Source: Treponemataceae bacterium (GTDB lineage: Bacteria > Spirochaetota > Spirochaetia > Treponematales > Rectinemataceae). Taken from it: a stretch of 64,000 nucleotides of DNA. Made by a program: the position numbers and the translations under genes. The notes beneath the pieces were generated by a model. It was not told where the DNA came from. It searched no databases and saw only the letters and a program-made list of their open reading frames with translations. This document shows positions 38,976 to 49,325 of the stretch, piece by piece; the first letter of the stretch is position 1, and every line of letters starts with the position of its first letter. The DNA lies in NCBI GenBank assembly GCA_963678065.2, contig CAXXVZ010000003.1, positions 1,920,001-1,984,000 of the forward strand, read 5' to 3'.

Positions 38976-39860
38976 TTGAAGGAATTCGACATCACCTTCG
39001 TAGGGCATATGTGCTTTGATGAAATCACTCCCTACCAGGGACAGACCGTCGTCGCGCCAGGCAGCGCGGTGCTCTGCGGCGCCATCGCGGCGGCCCGCAT
39101 CGGTCAGCGGGTGGCCGTCGTCACGAAGATGGCACCGGCCGACGAGGGGATACTGAAGCCCTTCGAGGAGCTGGGCATTGAAACATTCACGGTGCCCGCC
39201 ACCGAAACGAGCTATTCCGTCGTAATCCATCCATCCGCGAACGTTGACGAGCGCATCCTGAGGCTCAAGAGGAGCGCCGGCCGCTTCGCCATCGAGGACA
39301 TGCCCGCGATCGCGACGCGCAACCTGCACTTGGCCGGGATATCGGACCAGGAGTTCACCTTAGACATCATCCGCGGACTGAAGGGCCGCGGCTACAAGCT
39401 CTCGACGGACATGCAGAGCTTTGTCCGACAGGTTGACCCGACTACACAGGACATCTTCTTCAAGGATGTCCCGCTAAAGCGGGACATCGCCGCCCTGATG
39501 AGCAAGCTCAAGCTGGACGTGGTGGAGGCGAAGGTCCTTACCGGTTCGGACGACCTTGAGGAGGCAGCCAAGCAGTTCGAGTCCTGGGGATGCCCTGAGA
39601 CGGTTATCACCCGTGCGGACGGAGTGCTGGCCCGCGTCCGCGGGAAGACCTACTTCGAGAAATTCACCAACCGAAGCGCCGTGGGACGCACTGGTCGCGG
39701 TGATACGACCTTCGCCGCCTATCTTGCCCGTCGGAACGATCACGATGTCTCGGAATCGTTGAAATTCGCCGCGGCCCTCGTCTCCATCAAGATGGAGACG
39801 CCCGGGCCGTTCCAGGGGACGTTGGCCGACGTTCTCGCACGCATGAATCAGGAGAAGTGA
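38976..39860 (+). CDS. PfkB/ribokinase-family carbohydrate kinase
   Basis: PGSA; C-terminal GRTGRGDTTFAAY; SD AAGGAG before TTG. Confidence 0.85.
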   Translation: MKEFDITFVGHMCFDEITPYQGQTVVAPGSAVLCGAIAAARIGQRVAVVTKMAPADEGILKPFEELGIETFTVPATETSYSVVIHPSANVDERILRLKRSAGRFAIEDMPAIATRNLHLAGISDQEFTLDIIRGLKGRGYKLSTDMQSFVRQVDPTTQDIFFKDVPLKRDIAALMSKLKLDVVEAKVLTGSDDLEEAAKQFESWGCPETVITRADGVLARVRGKTYFEKFTNRSAVGRTGRGDTTFAAYLARRNDHDVSESLKFAAALVSIKMETPGPFQGTLADVLARMNQEK

Positions 39861-39863
39861 AGG

Positions 39864-42209
39864 ATGCATCTCTTTAAAACTTCGGAAAAGTATTTCAAGG
39901 TCGATCCCTGGCTGGTAGTCGAGGATGGCTTCGATCCCCGGAAGCAGCGCCTCTCAGAATCGATTTTTTCTCTGGCGAACGAGTTCATGTGCGTCCGGGG
40001 CTACTTCGAGGAAGGCTACTCGGGTGATCACTTGCTGGGGAGCTATTTCAGCCAACTATACGAGATGCTGGATGTAAAATATCCCCAGGTCTTCAAGGGC
40101 TTCGTGACGGAAGTGGCGGCCATGATCACTGCGGTCGACTGGCTCTATATCCGCATTGCGATCGACGGCGAGACGCTCGACCTCGCCTCGGTGAAATTCT
40201 CGGATTTCAGGCGCACACTCGACATGCGCGAGGCTACCTTGACGCGGGAATTCGTCTGGACGACGCGCGGCGGGAAACGACTGAAGCTAAAGTTCATCCG
40301 GTTCACGGATATCAATACCACGGCGCTCGGGTGCCAACGCGTCGTCCTCGAGCCGCTCAATTTCTCGGGCGAGGTTCGAGTACTCTCTGGCCTCGACTTC
40401 AACACGATCTACGAGCTAGCGGCAGGCTGGGACCAAACGCAGGGCTCCGGCGCGAGCGAGAAACTATCGTCGGCGCAGACGAATTTCTGGGAGCCTGAGC
40501 GTAGCGAGCGCTCTGGTGATATTTGTGCCATCCAGGCCCGAACTCAAAAGAGCGGCTGCCGCCTCTTCTCGAGCTTCCGCGTCACGGCGAATCAACCCAT
40601 CGCCCCAGTCCTCGTCGAACGCGAGAAGTTCATCGGGGTCGAGGCGACGCTCAAGCTCACACAAGGGCTGTCGACTGTATTCGAAAAGATAGCGATCAAC
40701 CATTGGGAACAGACGGAGAACGTTGAGCGGGTCTGGACCGACGGCCTCTCGCTCGCGAAGCAGCTCGCCAGGATCGACTTCGACCAAGCGCTGGCAGAGC
40801 ATCGCCGCGGCTGGGTGCGCTTCTGGGATCGCATGGACATCGAGATCGACGGCGACCAGGAGCTGCAGCAGGGCGTACGCTATTCGCTGTTTGCGATGTA
40901 CATCAACTATCATGGCGAGAGCGACCATCGGAACGTCCTGTGCAAGCTCGGCGGCGAGGTCTACTCGGGCGTCAACTTCTGGGACACCGAGATCTACTGC
41001 CACCGGATGTATATGTTCTTCGATCCCAAGGTCGCTCGCAAGCTGCTCATGTACCGCTACCACTACCTTCCCAGGGCGCTCGAGAACGCCAAGAGGGTCG
41101 ACCTGGAAGGCGCACGCTACCCCTTCTCAACCATCACCGGCCACGAGGACTCGGGCACCTGGCAGCACGTCGACCTGGAGATACACCAAAACATGGCGAT
41201 CTACTACGCCATCTGGCATTACGCTCAGGTCTGCAGAGACAAGGAGTTCCTATACCGCGAGGGCGTCGAGATGCTGCTCCAGATGTGCCGCTGCATGGCA
41301 AGCTGGGGCGGCTGGAGCCCGAAGAGGGGTGATTTCGGCTTCTATGGCGTCATGGGACCGGACGAGTTCCACATGATGGTGAACAACAATTGCTACACGA
41401 ACTACCTCGGCAAGAAGATGTTCGAGTACACACTCGAAGTCCTCGCCGAGATGGAGCGGGAGGCTCTCCATCTGTACGCACAAGCGGTAGAGAAAGTGCA
41501 GCTGCGCCCCGAAGAACCGCAGGAATGGAAACGAATGGCGGAAAAGATGCGCATCCTCAAGGACGAGGAGAGCGGCATCTACGAGCAGCACGACGGGTAC
41601 TTCGACCTCCCGCACGTCGACGTGAAGAGCATTCCCATGTCGGAGGTCCCGATATATAAGCACTGGGCCTACATCAGGCTCTTCCGCATGAACATGCTCA
41701 AGCAGCCCGATTTCCTCAACCTGCCGTATTTCTTCAGCCAGGATTTCACGATGGAGGAAAAAAGGAAGAACTACGAGTTCTACGAGGCTCGCACCAGCCA
41801 CGAGTCGTCGCTGTCGCCTTCTTTGCACGCGATCCTGGCCGCGGAGCTCGGGAAATCGCAGGAGGCTTACGACTTCCTCGCTTACGCGTCGCGGCTGGAC
41901 CTCGACAACTACAACCGCAACACGGAGCAGGGCATCCATTCCTCCTCGGCGGCGGGGGTGTGGGCCAGCATGATCTCGGGCTTCGGAGGCTTAAGGACCG
42001 ACGCCAAGACGCTCATTTTCAATCCCTCAATACCGGCACAGTGGAAGGCCTATCGCTTCAAGATCTTCTACGCGGGCGCGCTCTTGTCGGTCGAGGTCTC
42101 CGACGACAGGGCCCGGTTCAAGGTCGTGGAGGGCGGCGACGTCACGGTGAGCATCTACGGCAGACTCCATCGAATTACGTCGATGGGACTTGATCTCGAG
42201 ATGCCATGA
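39864..42209 (+). CDS. Glycoside hydrolase family 65 (maltose/kojibiose phosphorylase-like)
   Basis: ESIFSLANE, FWDTE, VMGPDEF, KQPD, HESSLS. Confidence 0.93.
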   Translation: MHLFKTSEKYFKVDPWLVVEDGFDPRKQRLSESIFSLANEFMCVRGYFEEGYSGDHLLGSYFSQLYEMLDVKYPQVFKGFVTEVAAMITAVDWLYIRIAIDGETLDLASVKFSDFRRTLDMREATLTREFVWTTRGGKRLKLKFIRFTDINTTALGCQRVVLEPLNFSGEVRVLSGLDFNTIYELAAGWDQTQGSGASEKLSSAQTNFWEPERSERSGDICAIQARTQKSGCRLFSSFRVTANQPIAPVLVEREKFIGVEATLKLTQGLSTVFEKIAINHWEQTENVERVWTDGLSLAKQLARIDFDQALAEHRRGWVRFWDRMDIEIDGDQELQQGVRYSLFAMYINYHGESDHRNVLCKLGGEVYSGVNFWDTEIYCHRMYMFFDPKVARKLLMYRYHYLPRALENAKRVDLEGARYPFSTITGHEDSGTWQHVDLEIHQNMAIYYAIWHYAQVCRDKEFLYREGVEMLLQMCRCMASWGGWSPKRGDFGFYGVMGPDEFHMMVNNNCYTNYLGKKMFEYTLEVLAEMEREALHLYAQAVEKVQLRPEEPQEWKRMAEKMRILKDEESGIYEQHDGYFDLPHVDVKSIPMSEVPIYKHWAYIRLFRMNMLKQPDFLNLPYFFSQDFTMEEKRKNYEFYEARTSHESSLSPSLHAILAAELGKSQEAYDFLAYASRLDLDNYNRNTEQGIHSSSAAGVWASMISGFGGLRTDAKTLIFNPSIPAQWKAYRFKIFYAGALLSVEVSDDRARFKVVEGGDVTVSIYGRLHRITSMGLDLEMP

Positions 42210-42249
42210 CGGGAGACCGATGAGCATCGAGTATTCCTGGAGTGTACCG

Positions 42250-42858
42250 TCAGAGCGTCCGTCGCCAGTAGAAGATGGCCAGCTGGGTCCGATCGCGGAA
42301 CCCAAGCTTCTCGAGCACGGCGGAGAGTACATTGCGGGCCGTGCCTTCGCTGATGAAGAGACGGTCCGCGATTTCCTTGTTGGAACAGCCCTGGGCCACG
42401 AGTTCCATCACCTCGGTCTCCCGCAGGGTGAGGCCTTCCACGGGAACCTTTTCGGGCTCCGCGAGGCGCCGAAACACATCGGCGTCCATCACCGTGCTGC
42501 CCGACGCCAGGGCGCGCAGCTTCTCCGCCATGCCGGCGACAGGCGCGGATTTCAGCAGGTAACCCTCAGCGCCGGCCTGCAGTGCCAGGCGGACACTGCG
42601 GTCGTCCTGGAAGGTCGTGAGCATCATCACATGAATCCCCGGCCAGCGCTCCTTGATCCGCCGGGTGGCCTCGATGCCGTCCATGCCCGGCATGCGGATG
42701 TCCATGAGAACGGTGTCGACGTGGTTCCTCTCGCAGGCGGCAACCGCACGGGCTCCGTCGCAGGCCATGCCTACGACCTCCATGTCCGCCTCCGCGGAGA
42801 GGAGGACCTTGAGGCTCTTGGCCACCAGTGCGTCGTCGTCCACGATGAGGATTTTCAC
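42250..42858 (-). CDS. NarL/LuxR-family response regulator
   Basis: [18 protein letters not shown]...SNKEIA...DRTQLA. Confidence 0.95.
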   Translation of the reverse strand: MKILIVDDDALVAKSLKVLLSAEADMEVVGMACDGARAVAACERNHVDTVLMDIRMPGMDGIEATRRIKERWPGIHVMMLTTFQDDRSVRLALQAGAEGYLLKSAPVAGMAEKLRALASGSTVMDADVFRRLAEPEKVPVEGLTLRETEVMELVAQGCSNKEIADRLFISEGTARNVLSAVLEKLGFRDRTQLAIFYWRRTL

Positions 42859-44009
42859 GGGAGGAACTCCGATGGGACCTGTCCGGGAGGCGGGGCGAGG
42901 GACGGCAGGCCTTCGAGGGGCAGTACGCAGACCAGACGAAATCCGTCTGAATCGTCGACGCTGACGCTGCCACCGACGGCCCGTGCGCGCTGCCGCAGAT
43001 TCCGCAGTCCCAGGCCGCTTCCGCCTCCGGCGGCGTGGCTCCTGTCGCGGTCTCCATTGCGGACAGAGAGGCGCACGATGCGCGGCCCCACATCGAGGGA
43101 CACATCGATCCGCCCCGCCCCGACATGGCGCGCCCCATTGGCCAATGCCTCCTTCAGGCAGGGTTCCAGAACGCTCCAGACATGGATCGGTATCCTGTCC
43201 GTGTTCCCATGCACCTCAAAGCCGACGCGACAGACCGTGAAACGTCTGCATATCTCTTCGAAGCTCCCCAGTCCAAAGTCACGGGCAGGAGCGAGGCCAT
43301 GCACTGTAGTCCGGAGGCGCTCCAGACCGTCACCGACACGGCGCTGCGCCTCTCCCAGCATCTCCTTTGCCTGGGTATCCCCCGCGTCCCGCAGCTTCTC
43401 GTAGGCCTGAAGGGCCAAGTAGGCGGCGGTCAGCTCGTGGCCGACGTGGTCGTGGAGATCGCGAGCGATGCGCGCCCGCTCCGCAACTTCCGCCATGCGT
43501 GCGGAATGGATGTTGGCCGACAGAAGCTCCCCTTTCAGGCTTTCCAGGTCGTAGCGTTCCCGTCGGTCACGATCCGCATCGCGGCGGGCCTCATCCAGTC
43601 CAAGCGACCAGAGCCGGAGGGCCCACCCGGAGAGCAACGCGCAGAAGAAGACCGCGACAAGGGGGAAAGGCCAGGCGCCTTGGGCCGCGATGATCGCCAA
43701 CGCAGGGAGGGCGAGCCACGGGGCGCCTGCGGCCGATGCATCCAGGATGGGGATGGCCAGCCCGTAGACGCCATCGGGCCAGAGAAGCATGACGGCCCCG
43801 CAGACCGCTTGGTCGAACACTACCGTCCAGGTAGGCATACGCGGGAAACGCCACCGGGCGACGGCGGCGATGCCGAGGACTAGGACGAAGACAAGGCCTT
43901 CCGCGCCATACCGCCCCTGAAGCCACAGGACAACCAGGACAGACAGGTCCAAGAGACGCCATGCCAGCGCCATCGCGGGAGGCGAAAAGTTCCCAAAATT
44001 CTTCCTCAT
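42855..44009 (-). CDS. HisKA_3-type sensor histidine kinase
   Basis: Multi-TM N-terminus; [31 protein letters not shown]. Confidence 0.93.
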   Translation of the reverse strand: MRKNFGNFSPPAMALAWRLLDLSVLVVLWLQGRYGAEGLVFVLVLGIAAVARWRFPRMPTWTVVFDQAVCGAVMLLWPDGVYGLAIPILDASAAGAPWLALPALAIIAAQGAWPFPLVAVFFCALLSGWALRLWSLGLDEARRDADRDRRERYDLESLKGELLSANIHSARMAEVAERARIARDLHDHVGHELTAAYLALQAYEKLRDAGDTQAKEMLGEAQRRVGDGLERLRTTVHGLAPARDFGLGSFEEICRRFTVCRVGFEVHGNTDRIPIHVWSVLEPCLKEALANGARHVGAGRIDVSLDVGPRIVRLSVRNGDRDRSHAAGGGSGLGLRNLRQRARAVGGSVSVDDSDGFRLVCVLPLEGLPSLAPPPGQVPSEFLP

Positions 44010-44692
44010 GCCATCCGGCGCCTGCTCCCGACGAGGAGAAAGGCGATGGCAAAGAGTAGCATGACCGCGATGGAGAGGGCAAACCGGGCTGGCGGCCCAT
44101 TCTGTTGGAGGAGCCTCATGGCTTCGACCAGCCAGTAGCAGGGCGTGACCATGGCGGCGCGGCGCAGGGAGGGCGGCATGATCTCCAGGGGCCAGAAAAA
44201 CCCGCCAACCATAGCCAGGACCATGAGGACGGCGGTGAGGGCTTGATAGGAGGTTTCGCGGTTCCGGAACAGAGCGCCGCCGGCAAGCGAGATGGCGAGA
44301 GACGTCATCGAGAACGCCGAATAGGCGACAAACAGCAGGAAAGGCGATGGGATCCGCTCACCGTGCACGAGAACTCCAAGGAAGATCATGACGGCGTTCT
44401 GGACGACGAGGACGACGGCGTAGGCGAGGAGGGTCTGCCAGAGGTATTGGAAGTGCGTGATCGGGGCCGCGCCTATCCTCTCGAGCACGCCGCTCGCGCC
44501 GTCCTCCACGACCGAGCGGAGCATCAGGAAGGCGGCGAAGAGGAGGATGGCACCGTACATGTGGAACCCGATGGGCACAACCCAGCCCTCCGCGGAAGGC
44601 AGGAAGGCCGCGCCAATCGGCAGCACGCAGACCAGCAGCAGGTTGAGCGGGCTGCGGAAGACGCGCTTCAGGGCAAAGCGGAAGATCGTCAC
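44006..44692 (-). CDS. ABC-2 type exporter permease
   Basis: Six hydrophobic segments, GGFFWPLEIMP; GTG start coupled to upstream stop. Confidence 0.88.
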   Translation of the reverse strand: MTIFRFALKRVFRSPLNLLLVCVLPIGAAFLPSAEGWVVPIGFHMYGAILLFAAFLMLRSVVEDGASGVLERIGAAPITHFQYLWQTLLAYAVVLVVQNAVMIFLGVLVHGERIPSPFLLFVAYSAFSMTSLAISLAGGALFRNRETSYQALTAVLMVLAMVGGFFWPLEIMPPSLRRAAMVTPCYWLVEAMRLLQQNGPPARFALSIAVMLLFAIAFLLVGSRRRMA

Positions 44693-45444
44693 GCGAGCTT
44701 CCTCCTTCCCAGCAGGGCCGCGATAAGAGCGAAGAGGGCCGCGCCGAGGAATAGGGCGGCGATACACAAGGCCGCCGTGGCTGGAGAGCCTCCCGCGGCG
44801 GATTGCCGTATCGCAGTCTGGGCCAGCGAGTAGGGGCCGCCATAGGTGACCAAGAAATGGAAGAACGGCTTCTCCGCGGGGAGGGGAAATATCAAACCGC
44901 CGAGTATGCAGCTGCCGTACGCGTAAAGCCAGCCGAAGCTATTGGCCGCCGACTGATTGTGGAAGGCCAGCAGCATGGTTAAGTACACGAGCTGGGAAAG
45001 GAGGGCGACGCCGAGGAGGACGGCAGCCAGGACCAGGAGGTTCCCCCAGTGCACACCGAGCGCGATACGGGAGACGGCGACTACGAGGAGGCCCTGAAAG
45101 AGGCTGACGAAGGTTGCGGCCGACACTACGCCGAGGACGATGTCGCCTGGAGCGCAAGGAAGGCTATGCAGACGCCATTTCATGGGGGAAAGGAGGGCGT
45201 TCTTGACGTAGGTGAGGCTGTAGCCGCCCCCGAACAGCTGAAACATGACGAGGATGCCGAATGCAAAGAACGACATGGGATTGGAGACGCCGCGCATATA
45301 CGGGATATCGGCGGGAATCCAGGAGAAGACCGCCCCGAGGATTGGTATGAGGAGGAGGGGCATGCCGAGGAGCATGATCAGACTGGGAAGGTCGCGGATC
45401 ATGCGCAGGAACATATAGCGAGTTACCGTGAAGACGCGACTCAC
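44689..45444 (-). CDS. ABC-2 type exporter permease
   Basis: Hydrophobic; LGGLIFPL; operon context. Confidence 0.88.
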   Translation of the reverse strand: MSRVFTVTRYMFLRMIRDLPSLIMLLGMPLLLIPILGAVFSWIPADIPYMRGVSNPMSFFAFGILVMFQLFGGGYSLTYVKNALLSPMKWRLHSLPCAPGDIVLGVVSAATFVSLFQGLLVVAVSRIALGVHWGNLLVLAAVLLGVALLSQLVYLTMLLAFHNQSAANSFGWLYAYGSCILGGLIFPLPAEKPFFHFLVTYGGPYSLAQTAIRQSAAGGSPATAALCIAALFLGAALFALIAALLGRRKLA

Positions 45445-46385
45445 GACTCGCCTCCATCCCGGAGGCTCTTTCCTGTCAGAGTGAGGAACACGTCCTCCAG
45501 CGAGGGCTTGTCCACCCGCACGGAATGCACACCTCCCGAGCCCTGCGCCGCCTGAAGGATCCGGTCCAGGTTGTTCGCACCGGCCTCGGAGACAACCATC
45601 AGGGCCTTTCCTTCCCTTCCGACCTGCTTCACGCCGGGAATGACCCGAATCTTCCCGAGGAACTCTTCCGTGGGATTTCCCACCTCCAGGCAGACGCGCT
45701 CCTCATACTGGATGCGCTCAACCAACTCATCCACGGTTCCTTGGGCGATCACATGACCCTGGTCCATGATCACCACCCGTGTGGCGATGGCCGCCACCTC
45801 CTCCATGTAGTGAGAGGTGTAGAGGATAGTCGTGCCTTTGTCACGCAGCGCGCGCGTCGATTCCAGGATATGATTGCGCGATTGCGGGTCGATGCCCACG
45901 GTGGGCTCGTCCATGACGAGGAATTCGGGACCGTGGGTCAGGGCGCAGGCGATGTTCAGGCGGCGCTTCATTCCACCTGAGTACTTCTTCGGCCTCTGGT
46001 CCGCGTGTTCCGTGAGACCGACGAATTCCAGGGTTTCCGCGATGCGGCGCCGCAGGTCCGCCCCTTTGAGGCCGTAGAGGCCGCCGAAGAACTCCAGGTT
46101 CTCCCGGGCGGTAAGATCCTCGAACACCGTTATTTCCTGGGTCACGAGGCCTATCCGGCGCTTCAGGTCCATGTCCCCCGGACGCTGCGCCCTGCCGAAC
46201 AGCTCGACAGCGCCTGAGTCGACGGGAAGAAGGCCTGCCAGAGCCCGGATGGCCGTGGTCTTCCCGGCCCCATTGGGGCCCAGGAGGCCCAGGATCTCCC
46301 CCTGCCCGATCTCGAAATCCACGTGGTCCAGCGCCAGGAGGGAGCCGTAGCGCTTCACTACGTCGTTTAACATGGCAATGCTCAT
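45441..46385 (-). CDS. ABC exporter ATP-binding protein
   Basis: GPNGAGKTT, YSGGMKRRL, DEPTVGIDPQSR, SLEDVFL. Confidence 0.95.
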   Translation of the reverse strand: MSIAMLNDVVKRYGSLLALDHVDFEIGQGEILGLLGPNGAGKTTAIRALAGLLPVDSGAVELFGRAQRPGDMDLKRRIGLVTQEITVFEDLTARENLEFFGGLYGLKGADLRRRIAETLEFVGLTEHADQRPKKYSGGMKRRLNIACALTHGPEFLVMDEPTVGIDPQSRNHILESTRALRDKGTTILYTSHYMEEVAAIATRVVIMDQGHVIAQGTVDELVERIQYEERVCLEVGNPTEEFLGKIRVIPGVKQVGREGKALMVVSEAGANNLDRILQAAQGSGGVHSVRVDKPSLEDVFLTLTGKSLRDGGES

Positions 46386-46421
46386 GGCGGTAATCTACAA
46401 CAGTCCGGAGGCCGCGAGGTA

Positions 46422-46435
46422 GTGACGAATGTCAC
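46422..46435. promoter_or_regulatory. Palindromic operator upstream of exporter operon (candidate NarL-family RR site)
   Basis: GTGAC-gaat-GTCAC just upstream of the -35 region; -10 TAGATT is 6 nt before ATG. Confidence 0.55.
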
Positions 46436-46593
46436 GAAATGAAGGAAGGCCGCGAGGGTGGCAGCTTAAGCCCTCTGCGGAGCGCAGGACCTCCTCAGCA
46501 TGACGGAAGGGATACCCTGCGCGATCTGGCCCGAGAACACTCCAAACGCTGTCATAGCCGTGATCGATTTACCAGCCCGAATTGATGAGACTA

Positions 46594-47367
46594 TTACAGG
46601 GTTTTAGCAACGGGACATACCCTCAACTTATCATCATATATGCCGAACGGCGCAAGCTGTTCTTCCGTTATCTGAGAGTCGGTAAAAATATAGGAGAACG
46701 CATCCAAAGCTGCTACCTGAATAAAATCCTGAATGCCAAATTTAGTCGAATCCATCATCAGATAAGAGACATCTGCGATTTCAATCATTTTTCGCTTGAC
46801 GATAACCGCAAGTTCATTGGGTTCACTGGCTCCCAATATGGGGTGTATGCCTCGACAGGAAATAAAGGATTTATTAACGTGGTAGTTGCTCAATTCAAGG
46901 GAGGTGGTATACCCCACAAAGCATAATGAACTTCGAAGCAACGTACCGCCGATTGAAATGACATCAATTTTATCTTTACCCGCCAACTCATTTTGTATGA
47001 GCAGGGAATTGGTCAAAATAGTAAGCGGCATGTTGGGAAGGGCTTGCGATACGCACAAAGAAGTTGAACTCGCATCGAGAATGATTTGATCGTTCAGTTC
47101 TATCTCTTCGATGATCTTCTTGGCAATTGCAGTTTTCAGCTCTTTATTCGTTAGTTCACGCTGCAGATGAGATGTCTCTTCATGAAGCGCCGACTTTATG
47201 GCTCCACCATGCTTGCGCGTAAGCAGGTTCATTTTTTCCAGCTTTTTCAAATCGCTGCGTATCGTTTCACTTGTCACATTGCATAGCGCAACCAGTTCGT
47301 TGACGGTAACTGAATGTTGTCGGTTTAAATAATTGATTATCAAGGACAAACGCTCTTCTTGCAGCAT
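46594..47367 (-). CDS. DeoR/GlpR-family transcriptional regulator
   Basis: VTSETIRSDL, RKHGGA, ILDASST, TNS, DSTKFG. Confidence 0.95.
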   Translation of the reverse strand: MLQEERLSLIINYLNRQHSVTVNELVALCNVTSETIRSDLKKLEKMNLLTRKHGGAIKSALHEETSHLQRELTNKELKTAIAKKIIEEIELNDQIILDASSTSLCVSQALPNMPLTILTNSLLIQNELAGKDKIDVISIGGTLLRSSLCFVGYTTSLELSNYHVNKSFISCRGIHPILGASEPNELAVIVKRKMIEIADVSYLMMDSTKFGIQDFIQVAALDAFSYIFTDSQITEEQLAPFGIYDDKLRVCPVAKTL

Positions 47368-47662
47368 GGTATTCCTCTTTTTGTCGTAGCGAAGCACCGG
47401 AACGACATTGCTTTAGATAGTGTCCGTTGATGTTCGCAGTCTGGACCGAAGGCAATCAGCTCCACCCCGCGCTGCAGATCGTAAACACGCCGCGAACTAT
47501 ACATAGTAAAATGACTCAAGTACCAGGGCAAGACATGATTGCCCTGCGATTCCCTCGATTCGCGACCCAGCCGAACTCGACTTGCGGTAAATGAGAAGGG
47601 TGCCCGATACAAACTCAGTATAAGGGCATGTTCTCGCAAAGTCTAGAATAATTTGGTAATTG

Positions 47663-47679
47663 TTTGTTTTCAAAACAAA
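47663..47679. promoter_or_regulatory. Candidate DeoR operator
   Basis: TTTGTTTT-C-AAAACAAA palindrome in the AT-rich divergent promoter region. Confidence 0.4.
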
Positions 47680-47787
47680 GTCGGCAATAACACTTTGATT
47701 TATTTTGTTTTTTGTTGTCAGATTTTGGAATTGATGATACAATCCCAAATATAAACAGAAACGAGCAGGAAACTTGGAGACGCAACC

Positions 47788-49317
47788 ATGTATACCTTGG
47801 GAATTGATATTGGCACAACAAATATCAAAAGCGTTCTCTTCAAAGAAAAGGCTTTAGCTGTCGCACAAGCGGTTTGCGAATACAATACGGATATTCCTCG
47901 CGCTTCCTGGGCTCAACAGCGGGCAGACGATTGGTGGGATGGTGTTGTTGGTACTATACGGAAGGTTTTGGCCGAGAGTCGTATCGATGCCTCGGAAATC
48001 GCCGCGATTGCCATCAGCTGTCAGGCGCCGACTATGTTGCCGATTGATGAATCCGGAGCCCCCCTGCACGATGCATTGATCTGGATGGACAGACGCAGCA
48101 GTGCTCAGTGCGACATGCTCTCGGACAAGGTAGGCGCTGGGCGCATTTTTGAAATAACGGGAAACCGCGTAGATCCATTCTATGTTCTCGGTAAGCTGAT
48201 ATGGTTCCGGGAAAATCACCCGTCCCTGTACGGGAAGATTTATAAAATACTCTCTCCTAACAGCTATATCAATTTGAAGTTGACAGGCGAATTTACACTG
48301 GATCCCGTACATGCATCTTTGACTCAGGCTTATGACGTGCGCTCGAATCGCTGGTCCGACGAACTGCTAAATGCCGCGGGCGTTGAATCGTCCCTGTTTC
48401 CTGTTGTGACGGAAGGGCATGTGCCCATTGGGCAAGTAAGCGCTGCCGCTGCCGCCCTTACGGGCTTGAAAGCGGGCACTATTGTCCTTACGGGTACAGT
48501 CGACGGCGCAGCCGCGGCGCTCGAAGCGGGAGTCGTCGGGAATGGAGCAGCCGTCGAAATGACTGGTACTTCTTCCGTATTGTTGATGAGCTCGACGAGG
48601 CCAATGCCTTCCTTAAATCTGACGTATATGTACAGCGCGGTGCCCGGCCAGCATCTAGCTCTGGGCGCTATGAGCTCGACGGGCGCGGCTCTCAAGTGGT
48701 TTCGGGATACGTTATACGAAGAGAAGAGTGTTGATGCCTACGCGTGCATGGATAAAGAAATCGGGCAGAATGCCGGGAGTCCCACCGGCATCGTTTTTCT
48801 TCCCTATATGGCGGGAGAGAGGGCTCCCATATGGGACAGCGACGCTCGCGGAACGTTCGTAGGCATGACACTGCGCACGAACCGTGGTCAGATAATGCGT
48901 TCGATCATGGAAGGTTCGGCATTCGCGCTCCGACATAATGTTGAAGAAGCCATGCATGCGGGCAATAGCCTGGATCGGATCCGCACTGTGGGCGGTCAGG
49001 CGAATAGCGACGTGTGGCTGAAAATCAAGTCATCAGTTCTCAACCAGGAAATCGAAGTGGTCGATGCCTCGCTTGGAGCGCCCGGAGGCTTGGCCTATAT
49101 GCTCGGCTCATACACAGGCGAGTTCAACTCCATCGAGGAAGCCGCACGGCAGTGCCTGCGCATCAAACAAACCATCCAACCTGTCAGGGAATGGGTTGAA
49201 CACTACAGCGAACTGTTTGGGCTCTACAAGAGTATTTACAGCCACCTTAAAAATGACTTCGCGGCGCTGGCAAGGATCGCCCAGCCAGCGTGTCGAAGCA
49301 TATCAACCGAGGGATAG
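47788..49317 (+). CDS. FGGY-family carbohydrate kinase (xylulokinase-like)
   Basis: GIDIGTT, IWMDRR, MTGTS, PYMAGERAP, EGSAF. Confidence 0.93.
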   Translation: MYTLGIDIGTTNIKSVLFKEKALAVAQAVCEYNTDIPRASWAQQRADDWWDGVVGTIRKVLAESRIDASEIAAIAISCQAPTMLPIDESGAPLHDALIWMDRRSSAQCDMLSDKVGAGRIFEITGNRVDPFYVLGKLIWFRENHPSLYGKIYKILSPNSYINLKLTGEFTLDPVHASLTQAYDVRSNRWSDELLNAAGVESSLFPVVTEGHVPIGQVSAAAAALTGLKAGTIVLTGTVDGAAAALEAGVVGNGAAVEMTGTSSVLLMSSTRPMPSLNLTYMYSAVPGQHLALGAMSSTGAALKWFRDTLYEEKSVDAYACMDKEIGQNAGSPTGIVFLPYMAGERAPIWDSDARGTFVGMTLRTNRGQIMRSIMEGSAFALRHNVEEAMHAGNSLDRIRTVGGQANSDVWLKIKSSVLNQEIEVVDASLGAPGGLAYMLGSYTGEFNSIEEAARQCLRIKQTIQPVREWVEHYSELFGLYKSIYSHLKNDFAALARIAQPACRSISTEG

Positions 49318-49325
49318 TACATAAC

